Virus genome (UHGV): UHGV-1446736 | Length of the DNA: 26,779 nt | Strand: one strand, 5' to 3' | DNA from: a virus | Part shown: positions 8,916 through 20,215 of the stretch, piece after piece | Layout of the letters: every line of letters starts with the position of its first letter | How positions within the stretch are numbered: position 1 is the first letter of the stretch | Notes under the pieces: generated by a model | Database searches by the model: none | What the model saw: the letters and a program-made list of their open reading frames with translations, nothing else | Told to the model about the DNA's origin: nothing | Made by a program: the position numbers and the translations under genes

Positions 8916-9092
8916 TATCCTCTCTCCATTTCTCAATGCGCCGCTGGTTATCCGCTTTTACCGCCAGATGGTCATTCAAGAGAGCAATGTCGTACAAATC
9001 GACAGAGCCATCTTTAAGTGCTGTATAAGGAATTAACCCGGCGTCAACCGGATTGAGAAGGTAGGACAGCCCGTCCGGCAGGCTGTTAAACG

Positions 9093-9545
9093 TCAGCCCT
9101 GTTGCAGGCTCTGCGTCGTGCTGGTAAGGGGTGTAGGCAAAAAATTTCCCAGCGAATCGGCGACCACCCGCGCCACCAGATGAAGCATGACCAGCAGGTC
9201 AATATCATCAAACATCAGTTCGCCCCGGGTAAATACCGGCACCCATCCGTCCATATGACGCCGCGACACCACCGCAAGACAGGGATGAATAATCGCATCG
9301 GTGTCATCTTCGGTCAGGGAAGACAGTTCCTCAGCGATACGCGGGAGCATGGTTTCAAACACCGGTTTTAACTGCTCGAATTTCACGGTGTCGATTTTGC
9401 CGTCAGCAGGCAAACGGGAGCGAATGCTCCCGAAATCTGACATCATTCCCGCCAGTACCGGCAGAAGTTTGCGGGTCACTTTCAGCTGGTCAAAAACGCT
9501 GAGTTTTGCCACGCGATATTTCACGCCTTTGATTTCGAATTCCAT
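9093..9545 (-). CDS. Tail assembly chaperone (gpG-like)
   Basis: 150-aa acidic ORF between the tube and tape measure genes, the conserved chaperone position. Confidence 0.5.
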   Translation of the reverse strand: MEFEIKGVKYRVAKLSVFDQLKVTRKLLPVLAGMMSDFGSIRSRLPADGKIDTVKFEQLKPVFETMLPRIAEELSSLTEDDTDAIIHPCLAVVSRRHMDGWVPVFTRGELMFDDIDLLVMLHLVARVVADSLGNFLPTPLTSTTQSLQQG

Positions 9546-9548
9546 GTA

Positions 9549-9989
9549 TTAAAACTCCCCGAGAACCTGGTCAATCTTGCCGCAGTCAAACACCCACGGC
9601 ATCGTATTACCGGTTTTAGCGTTGGCGTTATCCGGTTGTTTCTGGAACGCAACACTGCGTGCTGTGATGATGTCGCCGCTGACCTTGTTGCGGATCACGA
9701 TAACGTTATTCCCCCATGTGGCAGAAGACTGGCTCTGTGCGTTATACGCCAGCGACAATTTTTTATTTGTCGGTGATGTCTTCAGAAGGTTAACGGTAAT
9801 CGTCCCGCTTTTATCTGCATGGAGGCTGTGCATCACTTCACCATCAGCACCGATGGTCATGGTGTTTTTAGGACCGCCCATCGCAACCACAATCCCCTCT
9901 TCAGAACTTGCCGAACCGTACCCGAGGTCAATCGAACCGGTCGGCCCGGTCAGCGTCGCAGTGACATCCATAAAAGAATAGGTAGACAT
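9549..9989 (-). CDS. Tail tube protein
   Basis: 146-aa ORF immediately downstream of the sheath gene; size and position typical of contractile-tail tube proteins. Confidence 0.6.
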   Translation of the reverse strand: MSTYSFMDVTATLTGPTGSIDLGYGSASSEEGIVVAMGGPKNTMTIGADGEVMHSLHADKSGTITVNLLKTSPTNKKLSLAYNAQSQSSATWGNNVIVIRNKVSGDIITARSVAFQKQPDNANAKTGNTMPWVFDCGKIDQVLGEF

Positions 9990-9999
9990 TCACTTCCCC

Positions 10000-11145
10000 T
10001 TAGCGAACAACGTTAATCTGTACGTCAGCGTAATGAACCGCGCCTGCAAGTTTTATTGCAGCCTGAATCACCGGAGCCTTACGGGCTTCACGTTCTGATT
10101 GTGCCTGTTCATCCAGCGGCTGGGCGTATACGTAATAACCTTTGGGCAGCGTGTCACCTGATGACAACTGACCAAGGTCGCCCCCGTTCCATACGCCCGG
10201 AGCAATCAGTCCATTCTGAACGGCCTGATCCAGTGATTTTTCAACATTTGATAACAGTCGGGTAATACCGGCTTCAGTCTGGGGAACTTTCGTGGTGCTG
10301 GTATAAAGCAGGTTATAGAGGTTGGTCTGCACATAATTCTGTAACCAGTCCAAGCCGTGGCGTTCATCAAAGAAATCGCCGTTAGCCATCACTCCCTGCT
10401 GGAGGATAGCCGTATCATTCTGGTAGTACACAAATACATTGCAGTTTTTTGCATCAAGTGCCGATGCCTGGCTGACTGTCAGTGTTTCATACCCGACACC
10501 CGGCTCCTGCTTAAACTTGAGCGTAATCGCGGTATTACTGCCATTGAAATTAACCGTGAATGCCCGGCCAAATGCAGATAACGCAGCGTATTTATTACCC
10601 GATGAATACTGAATAAAACTGCGTGAATATCCGGCGGTTTTCAGTTTTGATGCCAAATCATCTCTGGATGCAGTCTGCAGGCATTTCTCATCGCTTGTCG
10701 TAATCGCCAGAATACGGCTTACAGAAGAGGATTCGATCGCCGCAGCCACTTTCAGCCAGTCTGCATCCGGAATATCTGCATCGTCTGCAATCCCCAGCCC
10801 ATACCATGAAGTATAATCAAGCATGGCATTCACAGCCTGCTCCAGCGTCTCAGGCGTGGCCTGTTCGCTGTCTCCCTTCGTTTTCACCCAACGACCAACA
10901 AAAACCTCCTGAGGTTTCGGTGATTGTGAGAAAAACACCTGCGCAGCCTTATATTCTGGTGATTCCACGCCAAAATCTTTTCCAATATCTTCCGCGGCAG
11001 AATAACGGCGAATGCGCTCACTTACCGGAATGATTGTGGACGGGCCGAGAATGAGTAATGCACCAAAATTTCGCCCTGATGCTGCACGCGGCGACATGAT
11101 CACATCAACATTAACAACGTTTGATACAGGCAAGCCCTGTTCCAT
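10000..11145 (-). CDS. Tail sheath protein
   Basis: 381-aa ORF preceding the tube gene; size and order (sheath, tube, chaperone, tape measure) match Mu/PBSX-like contractile tails. Confidence 0.65.
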   Translation of the reverse strand: MEQGLPVSNVVNVDVIMSPRAASGRNFGALLILGPSTIIPVSERIRRYSAAEDIGKDFGVESPEYKAAQVFFSQSPKPQEVFVGRWVKTKGDSEQATPETLEQAVNAMLDYTSWYGLGIADDADIPDADWLKVAAAIESSSVSRILAITTSDEKCLQTASRDDLASKLKTAGYSRSFIQYSSGNKYAALSAFGRAFTVNFNGSNTAITLKFKQEPGVGYETLTVSQASALDAKNCNVFVYYQNDTAILQQGVMANGDFFDERHGLDWLQNYVQTNLYNLLYTSTTKVPQTEAGITRLLSNVEKSLDQAVQNGLIAPGVWNGGDLGQLSSGDTLPKGYYVYAQPLDEQAQSEREARKAPVIQAAIKLAGAVHYADVQINVVR

Positions 11146-11148
11146 AGC

Positions 11149-11712
11149 TTAATCTCCGAAAAAGATTACTGGTGCTTCCACCAGCGATTTAATACCGTAC
11201 TCGCGCACAACCTTCCGGCGCAGACGCACCGTCATATCGTAGCGGCGGACCCATTGCTGATTAATAAGTTCAGGGAAGGGAATCAGACCTGTGTAATCGC
11301 CAAGAGACAGCCCCAGCGCATTCAGTGCTGCATTGTTCTGCGGCACAGATATACCGTCACGAAACCGGGACGCATACACCATCCCCGCCGGTCCATAAAA
11401 CGAAGCCATACACTCAATCGTTTCATGCCGCCAGAGCTGAGAGCCATCATCGGTCTGTCTGGTGAATGCCGGACTGTCATCACCTGACCATCCGATAACC
11501 CCAAACGCACACCAGTTCGTTTCAACCGGTAGCAGTGGCGGCTGCTCTTTCTGCCAGCGCGGGCGAACCATCCCGGCAGACAGACCGGAAACGTTACGCA
11601 TCCACTGGCTTAACAGCCTGTCGAGCGCTTCGTCATAATCCGGATCGCCACTGGTTGGTATCAGCCATCCGCGCTCTGTGCTGGTGTTATTGCTCAACCG
11701 GAATTCCCCCAT
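11149..11712 (-). CDS. Hypothetical virion protein (tail completion / head-tail joining region)
   Basis: ORF in the head-tail joining block; the start is uncertain (track start 11757, an internal Met at 11712 reduces the overlap with the upstream gene). Confidence 0.35.
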   Translation of the reverse strand: MGEFRLSNNTSTERGWLIPTSGDPDYDEALDRLLSQWMRNVSGLSAGMVRPRWQKEQPPLLPVETNWCAFGVIGWSGDDSPAFTRQTDDGSQLWRHETIECMASFYGPAGMVYASRFRDGISVPQNNAALNALGLSLGDYTGLIPFPELINQQWVRRYDMTVRLRRKVVREYGIKSLVEAPVIFFGD

Positions 11713-12076
11713 CAAACGGCAGCAACTCACAATGCGCCTGAACGAATCCGGCACCATAAGCTGTATACGGGTCGACGAAGGTCACACGATAATCACGGCC
11801 CTGATACGTCACGATATCGGCATCACGGCCAGTCTGTCCCTGCGTCAGTCGCGCAGTCGTCACAATCAGAATTGCACCACTGATTACCTGCCCGGCCTGC
11901 ATACGGCGGTTTTCCAGAGAGCGATCAACAGTTACGACTCCGGCAAACTGTTTTTTAACTTCGCTGTCGCTGCCGATCCCGTCCTCATCCACCGTTTGCA
12001 CTCGGCGTGTTACCCACAAATTGAAGTCGCAAAAATCGGGGTCAAAAAGCACATCTGTTACATCAAGAGTCGGCAT
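11687..12076 (-). CDS. Hypothetical virion protein (129 aa)
   Basis: Compact ORF coupled to neighbours between the capsid and sheath genes. Confidence 0.35.
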   Translation of the reverse strand: MPTLDVTDVLFDPDFCDFNLWVTRRVQTVDEDGIGSDSEVKKQFAGVVTVDRSLENRRMQAGQVISGAILIVTTARLTQGQTGRDADIVTYQGRDYRVTFVDPYTAYGAGFVQAHCELLPFDGGIPVEQ

Positions 12077-12617
12077 CTTTATCCCTCACTACATGGGTAA
12101 TCGCTCTGCGATATTGCCCGGTGTCAATTAATGGTTTCGCCAGATCGGTTCCGGGAGATTCGCCAGCAGCACGCCGGGCAAGTTCCAGTGTTGCTCCCTT
12201 GCGCCCCCGACGAGCCCGGGCTTCAACAGTACTGTCAGCAAGCGGCGTAAAGCCGGTAATGGTCATGTAACGCCTGACACCATTAGCGGCCAGCGTTCCG
12301 GCACGGTTGAGTGCGCTTTCCGCTCCCGCAGCATTACCATCAAGTGCAGCCTGCGCCGCGGCTTTAAGCTGCGGCACCGTCAGCTCTTCTGCCGATTTAA
12401 CGCCGGGGACCAGGTGAGGTCGTGGCGGGATGTTCTGCTCTGGTGAGCCGTATTCGTTGAGGTAACCGATGCCCGCATTACCAAACGGAACATCATCCCG
12501 TTCGCTGTCTTCCGAAGGGATGCCGACCAGCACATCTTTTTTGGTTAACGACCTGAGCGCATCCAGAATGGCCTTAGCGTTATCCACCCTCGTTGTTACA
12601 CCGCTTTTGAAACTCAT
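12063..12617 (-). CDS. Putative head completion / virion morphogenesis protein (184 aa)
   Basis: Position after the capsid gene and connector-like gene; no motif-based support. Confidence 0.35.
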   Translation of the reverse strand: MSFKSGVTTRVDNAKAILDALRSLTKKDVLVGIPSEDSERDDVPFGNAGIGYLNEYGSPEQNIPPRPHLVPGVKSAEELTVPQLKAAAQAALDGNAAGAESALNRAGTLAANGVRRYMTITGFTPLADSTVEARARRGRKGATLELARRAAGESPGTDLAKPLIDTGQYRRAITHVVRDKDADS

Positions 12618-13021
12618 AGCTGGCGACCACCTGCACCGAACATCGTGATCAACTGATAAAATTCAGCGCCATATCGGGTGTTATTCCAGAAACCTGCATC
12701 AGGATTCAGCGTCGCGCTGGTGTCATAACTGACGCTTACCTTATCCACGGACTTTGAGGACTGAACACCATTGGTTGAACCGCCCGGCCCGCCAGCCAGC
12801 ATCGCCCGGCTGTCTGCCGCCCAGAGCGTCATGTAGTGTGCAACGAACAATCCGGCAAAGTACGGAAACAACTTTTTGCCGGTGACGTTTTCGCTCAGCA
12901 GTTCATCGGCCAGATTCAGACGAAACTGGATTTGCGCTTCGGGATATTTGGCAAGGTCAGCAAACTGCGGGAAGTCGCGGCGAAAATCACTTACCGCTGG
13001 CAGACTTTGATTCTTTGGCAT
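12614..13021 (-). CDS. Putative head-tail connector protein (DUF4054-like)
   Basis: 135-aa ORF in the gene block following the major capsid gene; assignment by synteny and vague family recollection. Confidence 0.35.
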   Translation of the reverse strand: MPKNQSLPAVSDFRRDFPQFADLAKYPEAQIQFRLNLADELLSENVTGKKLFPYFAGLFVAHYMTLWAADSRAMLAGGPGGSTNGVQSSKSVDKVSVSYDTSATLNPDAGFWNNTRYGAEFYQLITMFGAGGRQL

Positions 13022-13208
13022 TTTTTACCTCGTTACGCGCGTCTGTGGCTTTGCCAACGGATACTTCCGCGTGCGCACGAGTGAACCAGTGCGTGGCAAC
13101 GTCTTCCTCCACAGCATGACGGCCTTTAACAAACTCGCGCCGCGAACCGTCGGGAAGCGTGAGCACAAACGGGGTATGTACGTGTATTACTGCATTATTT
13201 TTTGCCAT
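12987..13208 (-). CDS. Small hypothetical protein (73 aa)
   Basis: Short ORF between the major capsid gene and connector genes on the coding strand; could be a real small head protein or spurious. Confidence 0.3.
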   Translation of the reverse strand: MAKNNAVIHVHTPFVLTLPDGSRREFVKGRHAVEEDVATHWFTRAHAEVSVGKATDARNEVKNAKESKSASGK

Positions 13209-13249
13209 CAGGTCATCCTTAATGGCCCCGCCAGGGGGCCATATGGCTG

Positions 13250-14191
13250 TTAAATGCCATCAACGTACGAAATGGTTTCTTTGTACACTGGCTCGACTGC
13301 ACCCAGCTTGCCGTAGTAAGTGACGATCTGATACAGACCGCGATACTGCACCGGCACGCTCTGAAGCGGAACCAGCGGGTAGCGGACGTATTTTTTATCG
13401 TTGGTGTACGCAACCATGCGATCCTTATTCCCCACACCACGGCCTTTCAGCCATTTAACCGCGCGGATATTCAGCGGAACACCGTTCTGGTGATAGCTGA
13501 TGGTGTTGGTCTGAAGGTACGTCAACAGGGACTGGTTACCCGCAGAAGAAACGATGATGCTGGACAACAGAGCAAACTGCTCAGGCGGGATCAGCAAATC
13601 ACGCGGAACCACAGAGTAACCAGAAGCGGCCCACGCATCAGACAGCACCTGGTTAATGCTTGCGCGGATTTCGTCCGGTGTTGAGGTTGCCCACGTTTTG
13701 GCAGCGTTGTTGACAGGCACGCCGTCCAGGGTAACAAGACCTTTCAGGTTTAACGCTGAATCGCCAACATACACCTGTTCATCGTTATCCATCTGCCATT
13801 TCAGTTGCATCCCGTCATACTTCTGCGTATCGATCGGGCGTCCGACCTGCTGAGCAGCCTGCAATTCTATGACCGTCCAGCCAAGTTCCATCCCCCACAG
13901 GTTCAGCGGGTTACCGGATTTGCCAATATCCACATTTACGCCAGCAATAGCGGTTGAGTCTTTGCCTACCCAGTTTTTGCCATTCGGATTTGCACCAGTA
14001 CCCGCAGCGGCGAAGCTGGTATTCGTCCAGCTGGAAATGTCATCTGCGATAGAGACATCTTCACGCAACTGAATATCGCGGGTCCAGGTGTACCCCACCA
14101 GTGGCAGGTTCAGCGTCTGGTCGAGTCGCTCCAGCTCCCCGATGAGAAAGGCACCAGAGCTGTCAACGGTTGCCTGATCAAAAGTAATCAT
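13250..14191 (-). CDS. Major capsid protein
   Basis: 313-aa ORF downstream of the scaffold/protease and small head protein genes; size and position typical of the major capsid gene in PBSX/Mu-like head modules. Confidence 0.6.
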   Translation of the reverse strand: MITFDQATVDSSGAFLIGELERLDQTLNLPLVGYTWTRDIQLREDVSIADDISSWTNTSFAAAGTGANPNGKNWVGKDSTAIAGVNVDIGKSGNPLNLWGMELGWTVIELQAAQQVGRPIDTQKYDGMQLKWQMDNDEQVYVGDSALNLKGLVTLDGVPVNNAAKTWATSTPDEIRASINQVLSDAWAASGYSVVPRDLLIPPEQFALLSSIIVSSAGNQSLLTYLQTNTISYHQNGVPLNIRAVKWLKGRGVGNKDRMVAYTNDKKYVRYPLVPLQSVPVQYRGLYQIVTYYGKLGAVEPVYKETISYVDGI

Positions 14192-14202
14192 TCGTCTGTT
14201 CC

Positions 14203-14709
14203 TTAAATCTTCCAGGAAATTTCTGCATTGCCGTCAGCATCACCGGCACCTGTGAATTCAGCGTTGGTCAGCGCCACGTTTTTGCCACTGACTGACGTGG
14301 ACATGAATCCACCCAGCGGCACTTTGATGGATTCATCAGTGGAGACGACAACGTATACCGGGTCGCCTTTTTTGATGGTGCTGGCATCAAAATCAGAACC
14401 GAGATTAACGGTCACGTAGCCACGCTTCATGGCGTCGCCCGGGAAGTTCTTGCCACTCCCCACCTGGCGAACCATGTCCGGCTGCGAAGTGGTCGGATAA
14501 GGGCGCACGTAGATCCCCTTCACCTTGTCTGCGGTATCACCATCTGCCAGCGGCACGAAAAAACCGTCATCATCGTATTTACCAGCCAGCCCATAGGCAG
14601 CGAAGGCGTTATCGGATTTAAGGACCACCGGTTCGACGGTTAAGTCCTGCGGGCGAGAGACAGCCCCGGCAATGCCAACAGGCATCCGGTACAGAAATAC
14701 ATTATTCAT
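14203..14709 (-). CDS. Head structural protein (possible decoration/scaffold-associated, DUF2190-like)
   Basis: 168-aa ORF between the XkdF-like gene and the capsid gene. Confidence 0.4.
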   Translation of the reverse strand: MNNVFLYRMPVGIAGAVSRPQDLTVEPVVLKSDNAFAAYGLAGKYDDDGFFVPLADGDTADKVKGIYVRPYPTTSQPDMVRQVGSGKNFPGDAMKRGYVTVNLGSDFDASTIKKGDPVYVVVSTDESIKVPLGGFMSTSVSGKNVALTNAEFTGAGDADGNAEISWKI

Positions 14710-14712
14710 TTT

Positions 14713-15933
14713 TTACCCTTTACGGTTTGCCCAGAATTCAGCGTTTTGTTTGTTCAGGGAAGCGATACTGGTCATGCCCATGTTTGGGCGCTGTGCATCG
14801 CCGGTGGTGGCGCGGGTGTTTCGCCCTTTGGCAATCTCAGACACGGCATTAAACGCCATGTCGACCGATTGTTTCGGTAATTTGCGGATATCCGCATCAC
14901 CGACTATCTGGCGAACCAGCGTTTTGTCAGCAGAAGCCAGAACCTCGCGTTTGAACGCGGTCGGTTTCATCTTACGGCTCAGATCGATACCCGGAACGAT
15001 AACTTCGGCACGCCAGGCTGAGTCACCAGTAATCGTGGTTTCCTCTTCATCGTCCTCGCCGTCACCGGTCGGATTATCGTCAGGCTTATTGTCGTTATCG
15101 CCCGTCGCATTTCCTTCCAGCTTAGCCAGCAGGGCTTTCAGTAATGTTTTGAGGTCATCATCACTGTCGCCGGTTGGACCTCCGCCCATCTCTGGTGCTT
15201 TGTCCGGTAGCGGTTGCTGCGGGGACAGGTTGATGTTGAGATTAACGCCCTGCGGCAAATCCCCCTCATCTCCTGTAACCGATGCGGGAGCCGACTCCAC
15301 CAGTTCGTTCATGGTGTCAGCGTCACCCGTTTTGATGGCCGTGCGCATGCGGGTCCACCAGCTTTTCTTTTGATTTGCCATTGTGTCTCTGTCTCCAATT
15401 GCACAACGATTTCCGGCTCTACCTTTAGGGACAAGAGCCACATGGTTTCCGGTAATATCGACCTGCTCGGCTTTACCTGGCTCGGTCTGCTCATACTCCG
15501 CGTCATAGCCGCACGACACTTCGCGCAGGCCATCTTCGATAAGCTGAATGGCGCTTTCGTCTTTAACGATAAGGTCAGCCAGCATCAAATCAGACTGCTC
15601 ACCCGTCCCGCGCCGGACATTCTGAAGGTGCCCGACAGCAAGCTCTTTCCAGTTCTCGGGATTTACCAGCCGCACATTCCCGTTTTCATCTTCAGGATGC
15701 AGAATCGTGATGCTCATCCCTTCGAATGAGGCAAGCGTGGCCGGATGGAATACCTGCTCAGGAGAACGCGTGACGACTATTTCACCGAACTTATCGGGTT
15801 TCAGTTTTGGCAGGTCATCAGCGCCATAGAGCTGCTTACCTGTTCGTCCTATCGGCACGTCTTTGCACAGCAACGAGCCGTCAGCCAGCTGATAGCGGGT
15901 TTCCCCCAGCCGGGTATTGAAAAAATATTTCAT
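14713..15933 (-). CDS. Putative prohead scaffold/protease (DUF2213, XkdF-like)
   Basis: 406-aa ORF with a highly acidic, low-complexity C-terminal half (GDSDDDL, DGEDDEEETT), downstream of the portal and Mu-F-like genes. Confidence 0.55.
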   Translation of the reverse strand: MKYFFNTRLGETRYQLADGSLLCKDVPIGRTGKQLYGADDLPKLKPDKFGEIVVTRSPEQVFHPATLASFEGMSITILHPEDENGNVRLVNPENWKELAVGHLQNVRRGTGEQSDLMLADLIVKDESAIQLIEDGLREVSCGYDAEYEQTEPGKAEQVDITGNHVALVPKGRAGNRCAIGDRDTMANQKKSWWTRMRTAIKTGDADTMNELVESAPASVTGDEGDLPQGVNLNINLSPQQPLPDKAPEMGGGPTGDSDDDLKTLLKALLAKLEGNATGDNDNKPDDNPTGDGEDDEEETTITGDSAWRAEVIVPGIDLSRKMKPTAFKREVLASADKTLVRQIVGDADIRKLPKQSVDMAFNAVSEIAKGRNTRATTGDAQRPNMGMTSIASLNKQNAEFWANRKG

Positions 15934-15947
15934 GTGTTACCTGCGAT

Positions 15948-16721
15948 TCAGGCGGGATAAGAATGGGAGGTGGGAAAAACGATTTCTTTATAACAGCGAC
16001 AATTCGGGAGCTCGCCAGCGTGACCGGTCATGCCATCAAGCGTTGGAGGTTTGCCCCATTCGACAAATTTACCTTCCATTTCCCGATGAGAATGCCTGAC
16101 GTCACCATCTTCGGCTGTACGCCAGATATAACCATTCGAACCAATTGACAGCGCACGCGCCTGATCCAGCGCGCCGGTTGCACGTCCAAGTTCAGTACGG
16201 GCAATCAGGTCAGCTCTGGACTTTGCTATATCACCCGATGCGGCTATTTCTTTAGCAAAATCTTCCGCTCTCCCACCGGTCACAACAGCTTCTGTCGCCC
16301 GATTCTGGATGTCGTACACCCTGTCAGCCGCCTCGAGGGGGAGCGATTTGATGTACTTGACCTGTTCGGCGATGATGGATTGCATCACCTGGCCCACAGG
16401 AGCGCTTTCCACAAGATTGCGGAGCTCGCGACTGATGTTCTTGCTGTGTTGCCGCCAAACTTTCTCGTTCTGCCGGGTTAGGTCCGCAGTAAAGTTTTCC
16501 GCGACCTTTGTCGCCCAGGGGGTGATGATTTTACTGTAGCGTTCCAGCGCCTCAATAATTTCCGTGATACTGTCATTTGAACCATCGTAGTGACCATTGA
16601 CGATGTCTCCGACCGCCCGCGCTATCCTGCGTAGGCTGGTTCGATAGCGGATTTCCGCCTGACGGTTCCTGCGGTTCGTCATCAGGTTCGCCGATGCCGG
16701 GCGGCGCTTCATCTTCGGCAT
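15948..16721 (-). CDS. Head morphogenesis protein (Mu gpF / SPP1 gp7-like)
   Basis: ORF following the portal gene, the conserved position for this family. The track start overlaps the portal 3' end by about 149 nt, so the true start is probably internal and undetermined. Confidence 0.5.
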   Translation of the reverse strand: MPKMKRRPASANLMTNRRNRQAEIRYRTSLRRIARAVGDIVNGHYDGSNDSITEIIEALERYSKIITPWATKVAENFTADLTRQNEKVWRQHSKNISRELRNLVESAPVGQVMQSIIAEQVKYIKSLPLEAADRVYDIQNRATEAVVTGGRAEDFAKEIAASGDIAKSRADLIARTELGRATGALDQARALSIGSNGYIWRTAEDGDVRHSHREMEGKFVEWGKPPTLDGMTGHAGELPNCRCYKEIVFPTSHSYPA

Positions 16722-18039
16722 TCTCGATGTCCTCGTCGGTAATGGATGCCCCGATGCCGGTTACGTCAGAATTTTCGCGCAAATCAGTCATAGCGGCTTT
16801 CAGTGTCATCAGACCATCACCCAGCGCCGTACTGATTGCGTTGGTGGTGTTTAACGCCACCGTTGAGCGATCGACATCAGACATTTGCCAGAGCGGGTTA
16901 AACTCAAACGTGAAATCATCCGGGAGCGGCTTGCCAAGTTCCGAACGATGCATGATGTCCAGTATCCGACGCACCGGAAGACGTAAACGCCTCTCCTGCA
17001 ACGAACTGATGCGGTCGTAATAGTTGGCAAGGTCTGCATCACCGGTAGAAAATCCTTTCGGGGACTGTCCGAACAACCGCACCAGTGGGATACCAACAGC
17101 GCCACTAATCTGTTCTGCAAACTGTGATAGGATGTCATCCAGACCACTGAAGCTGTACTGATGCGTTTCAAACTTATCCCGCGAGTCCATGAGCGTCATG
17201 CCTTCATTGCTCTGGAACTGTCGAATCAGGTCGATATTCTTCAGCAACGCTTCATACGCAGGACCACCAAGTGCGATAAGCTCGCGTAGCTTCTCCACGC
17301 TGTAGGTACGCAAATGCGCTTTGTAGACCAGCTGCGCCGCGCCGACAGTAGCGCTGTCGAACGCGGTAAGACGATCCCAGATACGCTCTACAACCGACAT
17401 TCCCCATTCGTTCTCGGTCATCTTCTGCTGAAATGGCAGCGTGACGCCATCAAAGCGAATCAGTCGACTGTGATGAATGCGCCAGGCAGGAATTCCCGTT
17501 GCTGTGGTCACCACATCGTAAAACTCAGGTTTACCCAGGTCCGGCCCCATATCTTTAATGCGGCGGGTCAGTACCGGGTCAATCATCCAGCGGTCGAGCG
17601 GGAGAATCCCCTTAAACTTGCCCTTACCGATGGTTTCGGGTCGCAGCGGGGTCATTGGTGCCTGCCCCTCAATCATGATGAAACCCACCGCGCCGCCGTA
17701 GAGGCGCGACCATTTCAGCACGTCATTCAGCGCATCCCAGATTTGCAACTCATCCAGTTGTGATTCGAGAATGCCGCGATCTTTTGCATCAATTTCCGAA
17801 GTGATGCGAATGCCTTTGCGGGTCATATCATCCGGGATAGCATCGACCGCTTCGCCGATAATCCAGGACGAACGATAGGACCATTCCACCAGCATGCGGT
17901 TACGACTGGTGAAATTAGCCCGGTAGGTGGATGCTGAGTGCTGGTTAGGTGTCTGCATCCCTACGCGGGCAATAAAATTCTCATAACCATCGGCTGTGGC
18001 CTGCGCAGTTCGCCGCAGGGCTTGTTTGTTTCGTGCCAT
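16573..18039 (-). CDS. Portal protein
   Basis: 488-aa ORF immediately downstream of the large terminase gene with an acidic C-terminal tail. Confidence 0.75.
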   Translation of the reverse strand: MARNKQALRRTAQATADGYENFIARVGMQTPNQHSASTYRANFTSRNRMLVEWSYRSSWIIGEAVDAIPDDMTRKGIRITSEIDAKDRGILESQLDELQIWDALNDVLKWSRLYGGAVGFIMIEGQAPMTPLRPETIGKGKFKGILPLDRWMIDPVLTRRIKDMGPDLGKPEFYDVVTTATGIPAWRIHHSRLIRFDGVTLPFQQKMTENEWGMSVVERIWDRLTAFDSATVGAAQLVYKAHLRTYSVEKLRELIALGGPAYEALLKNIDLIRQFQSNEGMTLMDSRDKFETHQYSFSGLDDILSQFAEQISGAVGIPLVRLFGQSPKGFSTGDADLANYYDRISSLQERRLRLPVRRILDIMHRSELGKPLPDDFTFEFNPLWQMSDVDRSTVALNTTNAISTALGDGLMTLKAAMTDLRENSDVTGIGASITDEDIENAEDEAPPGIGEPDDEPQEPSGGNPLSNQPTQDSAGGRRHRQWSLRWFK

Positions 18040-19661
18040 CAGGCCTGTCTCCCTAGCAACTCCCAGATGTTCAGGGCTGAATTCATTGGGGCATAGTTGA
18101 TCATCACCGAGTCGGCAAGGTTTGGCGACCGGGTTCCATCAGGCTGTTTATCAATAACGATTTTTCCCACACCATTAATGGAATAGGTCGGCTGCGAAAG
18201 CTCGATGATGAGTTTATCTTTGAGTGCCATGCTACTGCTGATTGAGATGATTTCGTCCGGGTTGTAAGCCATACCTTCAACCACGGCGCGCCAGGTATTC
18301 TGAAAAAGTTTACGTAACCGCCACCAGCTCTGGGCTTTGGCGTTAGCGAAGAAGTCCTTGTTCAGACGTGCGGCTTGCCCGTTGTCCCCGCGAACAGCTT
18401 CATCATCCGGATCAAATACCGCGCCACTACCTCGAAACGGTGTGGCGAGTATTGACGGTCGACGCGCAGCGTTACGCAGTTCGTTGATAGCGCGTGCATC
18501 GCCGCGAACGCCAGCGCCCAGTCCGTCCTCGTCAAAGCGAAACTCTTCGAGGTTATCCTGTTCGCAAAAGCCGAAAACCTTCTCGACGGACTGATAAATG
18601 TCGCTGCCCACACCGGACCATTCCCGCACATTTTCCAGGAGGAAGCCATGACGGGTGGAAAAGGCATTTTTGTCCCTGCCTTCGTCGGCGACATCCATCG
18701 CGCCAAGTCGTTTGCCTGTTGGCTGGATACCCAGTTTGATATGCGCATCAACGGCAGCCTGTACCCATTCGGATGGAATCAGGACGCCTTCCGCTGATGC
18801 GCTGTAGTTCAGATCAAGTTCCTGTGCCACCACCACCGGATTATCGATTTTCTCGCATTCCCTGCGATACCACTCTTCATCCTTGCGAGGATCATCCCGC
18901 CAGTGGAATGTGAATACCGGTATCTTCCCGCCATGACGCTTCTGAGCGAACGGGTTAGCCATGCCGTTAACTGAACTCAGGTCGATACGGCAACGCGTCG
19001 TTTGTGACAACGCCGCATCAATCAGCAGAGGACGCTGAAGGAATGCAGCCTCATCAACCAGATAAAGCGTGGTACGGTCACCACGACCAATATTATCGCC
19101 AGCCTCGCCTTTGATAACGGCACCAGTTTCAGGAAACTCAACACGCATATATGGCGCGTGCTTCTTCTCACTCCACGAACCGCGAAACTCTACAGGTAGC
19201 GTTTCCACGAACTTGCGCGCCTTCCAGAACAATGCTTTCGGGTCACCGGTGCTGTCGACGTATTCCTCTTTACGGGAGCCAAAACCGATAACCATTTCTT
19301 TGTTGAAGAGACAAAGCGAGCATGCCAGTCCGATCGCGGTCCAACTGAGCCCCATTTCACGGGATTTTTCGGTAATACCATTCTCCCGATTGCTCCAGCG
19401 TTCCATAATCCAGTGGATCCACTCCTCCTGCTTAGGGAAGAGTAAAAACGGAATGGTCACCGGCAGGCCATAATCAATATTACGCGGGTCCGATGTCATG
19501 CCCCAGTCGATGATGAACTGAGCCGGATTGGTTCGGTAAAACTGTTTTAGTGCAGGCAATATTTCAGGATTCTGGCGAATGCGCTGTAGGCGTTCCATCC
19601 GCCATTCAAAAACCATCTGGTAATCAGGATGTTTAAAATCGAAGGGGAATGGTAACGGCAT
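18039..19661 (-). CDS. Terminase large subunit
   Basis: 540-aa ORF after the small terminase gene; contains a Walker-B-like hydrophobic stretch ending in DE ([11 protein letters not shown]) and a C-terminal nuclease-type region; ATG confirmed at 19661. Confidence 0.85.
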   Translation of the reverse strand: MPLPFPFDFKHPDYQMVFEWRMERLQRIRQNPEILPALKQFYRTNPAQFIIDWGMTSDPRNIDYGLPVTIPFLLFPKQEEWIHWIMERWSNRENGITEKSREMGLSWTAIGLACSLCLFNKEMVIGFGSRKEEYVDSTGDPKALFWKARKFVETLPVEFRGSWSEKKHAPYMRVEFPETGAVIKGEAGDNIGRGDRTTLYLVDEAAFLQRPLLIDAALSQTTRCRIDLSSVNGMANPFAQKRHGGKIPVFTFHWRDDPRKDEEWYRRECEKIDNPVVVAQELDLNYSASAEGVLIPSEWVQAAVDAHIKLGIQPTGKRLGAMDVADEGRDKNAFSTRHGFLLENVREWSGVGSDIYQSVEKVFGFCEQDNLEEFRFDEDGLGAGVRGDARAINELRNAARRPSILATPFRGSGAVFDPDDEAVRGDNGQAARLNKDFFANAKAQSWWRLRKLFQNTWRAVVEGMAYNPDEIISISSSMALKDKLIIELSQPTYSINGVGKIVIDKQPDGTRSPNLADSVMINYAPMNSALNIWELLGRQA

Positions 19662-19663
19662 AC

Positions 19664-20215
19664 TTAGCCCATCATTTTTCTATACGCTTCTGCAACCTGC
19701 TCCGGCGTTAAGTTGGTAATTTCTGTTCTGACTGGTCCTCCGTCAGCACCAGTCACTTCATTTTTGACATTGTCTTTAAACGCCTGAACAGAAACATGAC
19801 GCCCGAGCAACTCAAGGTTTTTAACCTTATCAGGCCATTTGATTTTCTTCAGAAGTGCGGCGCTATCTGCGGATGCCATCTCCACGACATCCATTCCTGA
19901 TAACGTTGTGCGCCATACCTTAGGCCAGTCTTTAATGGGTTTTAGCTCACCGTTTTGCAGGAGAATGTCAAGCACATCCATCTGGTCGATTTCAATAAGG
20001 CGATTAAGTACATATTCTGCATTAATACCAACAAGATCATTGCGTTGCGCTTTCAGTTCGGCGATTCTTAACTTGATGTCAGGTTTTGACAGGTTTTCGG
20101 ATGCGGTACGGTTGGCTGTTTTTGCGCTGTACCCCGCCCGAATAGCCGCTTGCGTGGCGTTTAAATCGATGAGGTACTCGCGACAGAACATCTCTTGCTT
20201 GTCTGTGAGTGCCAT
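19664..20215 (-). CDS. Terminase small subunit (P27/Terminase_2-like)
   Basis: 183-aa ORF starting [30 protein letters not shown], the N-terminal signature of this small-terminase family; ATG confirmed at 20215. Confidence 0.8.
   Translation of the reverse strand: MALTDKQEMFCREYLIDLNATQAAIRAGYSAKTANRTASENLSKPDIKLRIAELKAQRNDLVGINAEYVLNRLIEIDQMDVLDILLQNGELKPIKDWPKVWRTTLSGMDVVEMASADSAALLKKIKWPDKVKNLELLGRHVSVQAFKDNVKNEVTGADGGPVRTEITNLTPEQVAEAYRKMMG

Noticed and set aside
14672-15373. Plus-strand 233-aa ORF
   Set aside because: Antisense to the XkdF-like scaffold gene; Ser-rich low-complexity product typical of a reverse-frame artefact in an acidic-protein gene.
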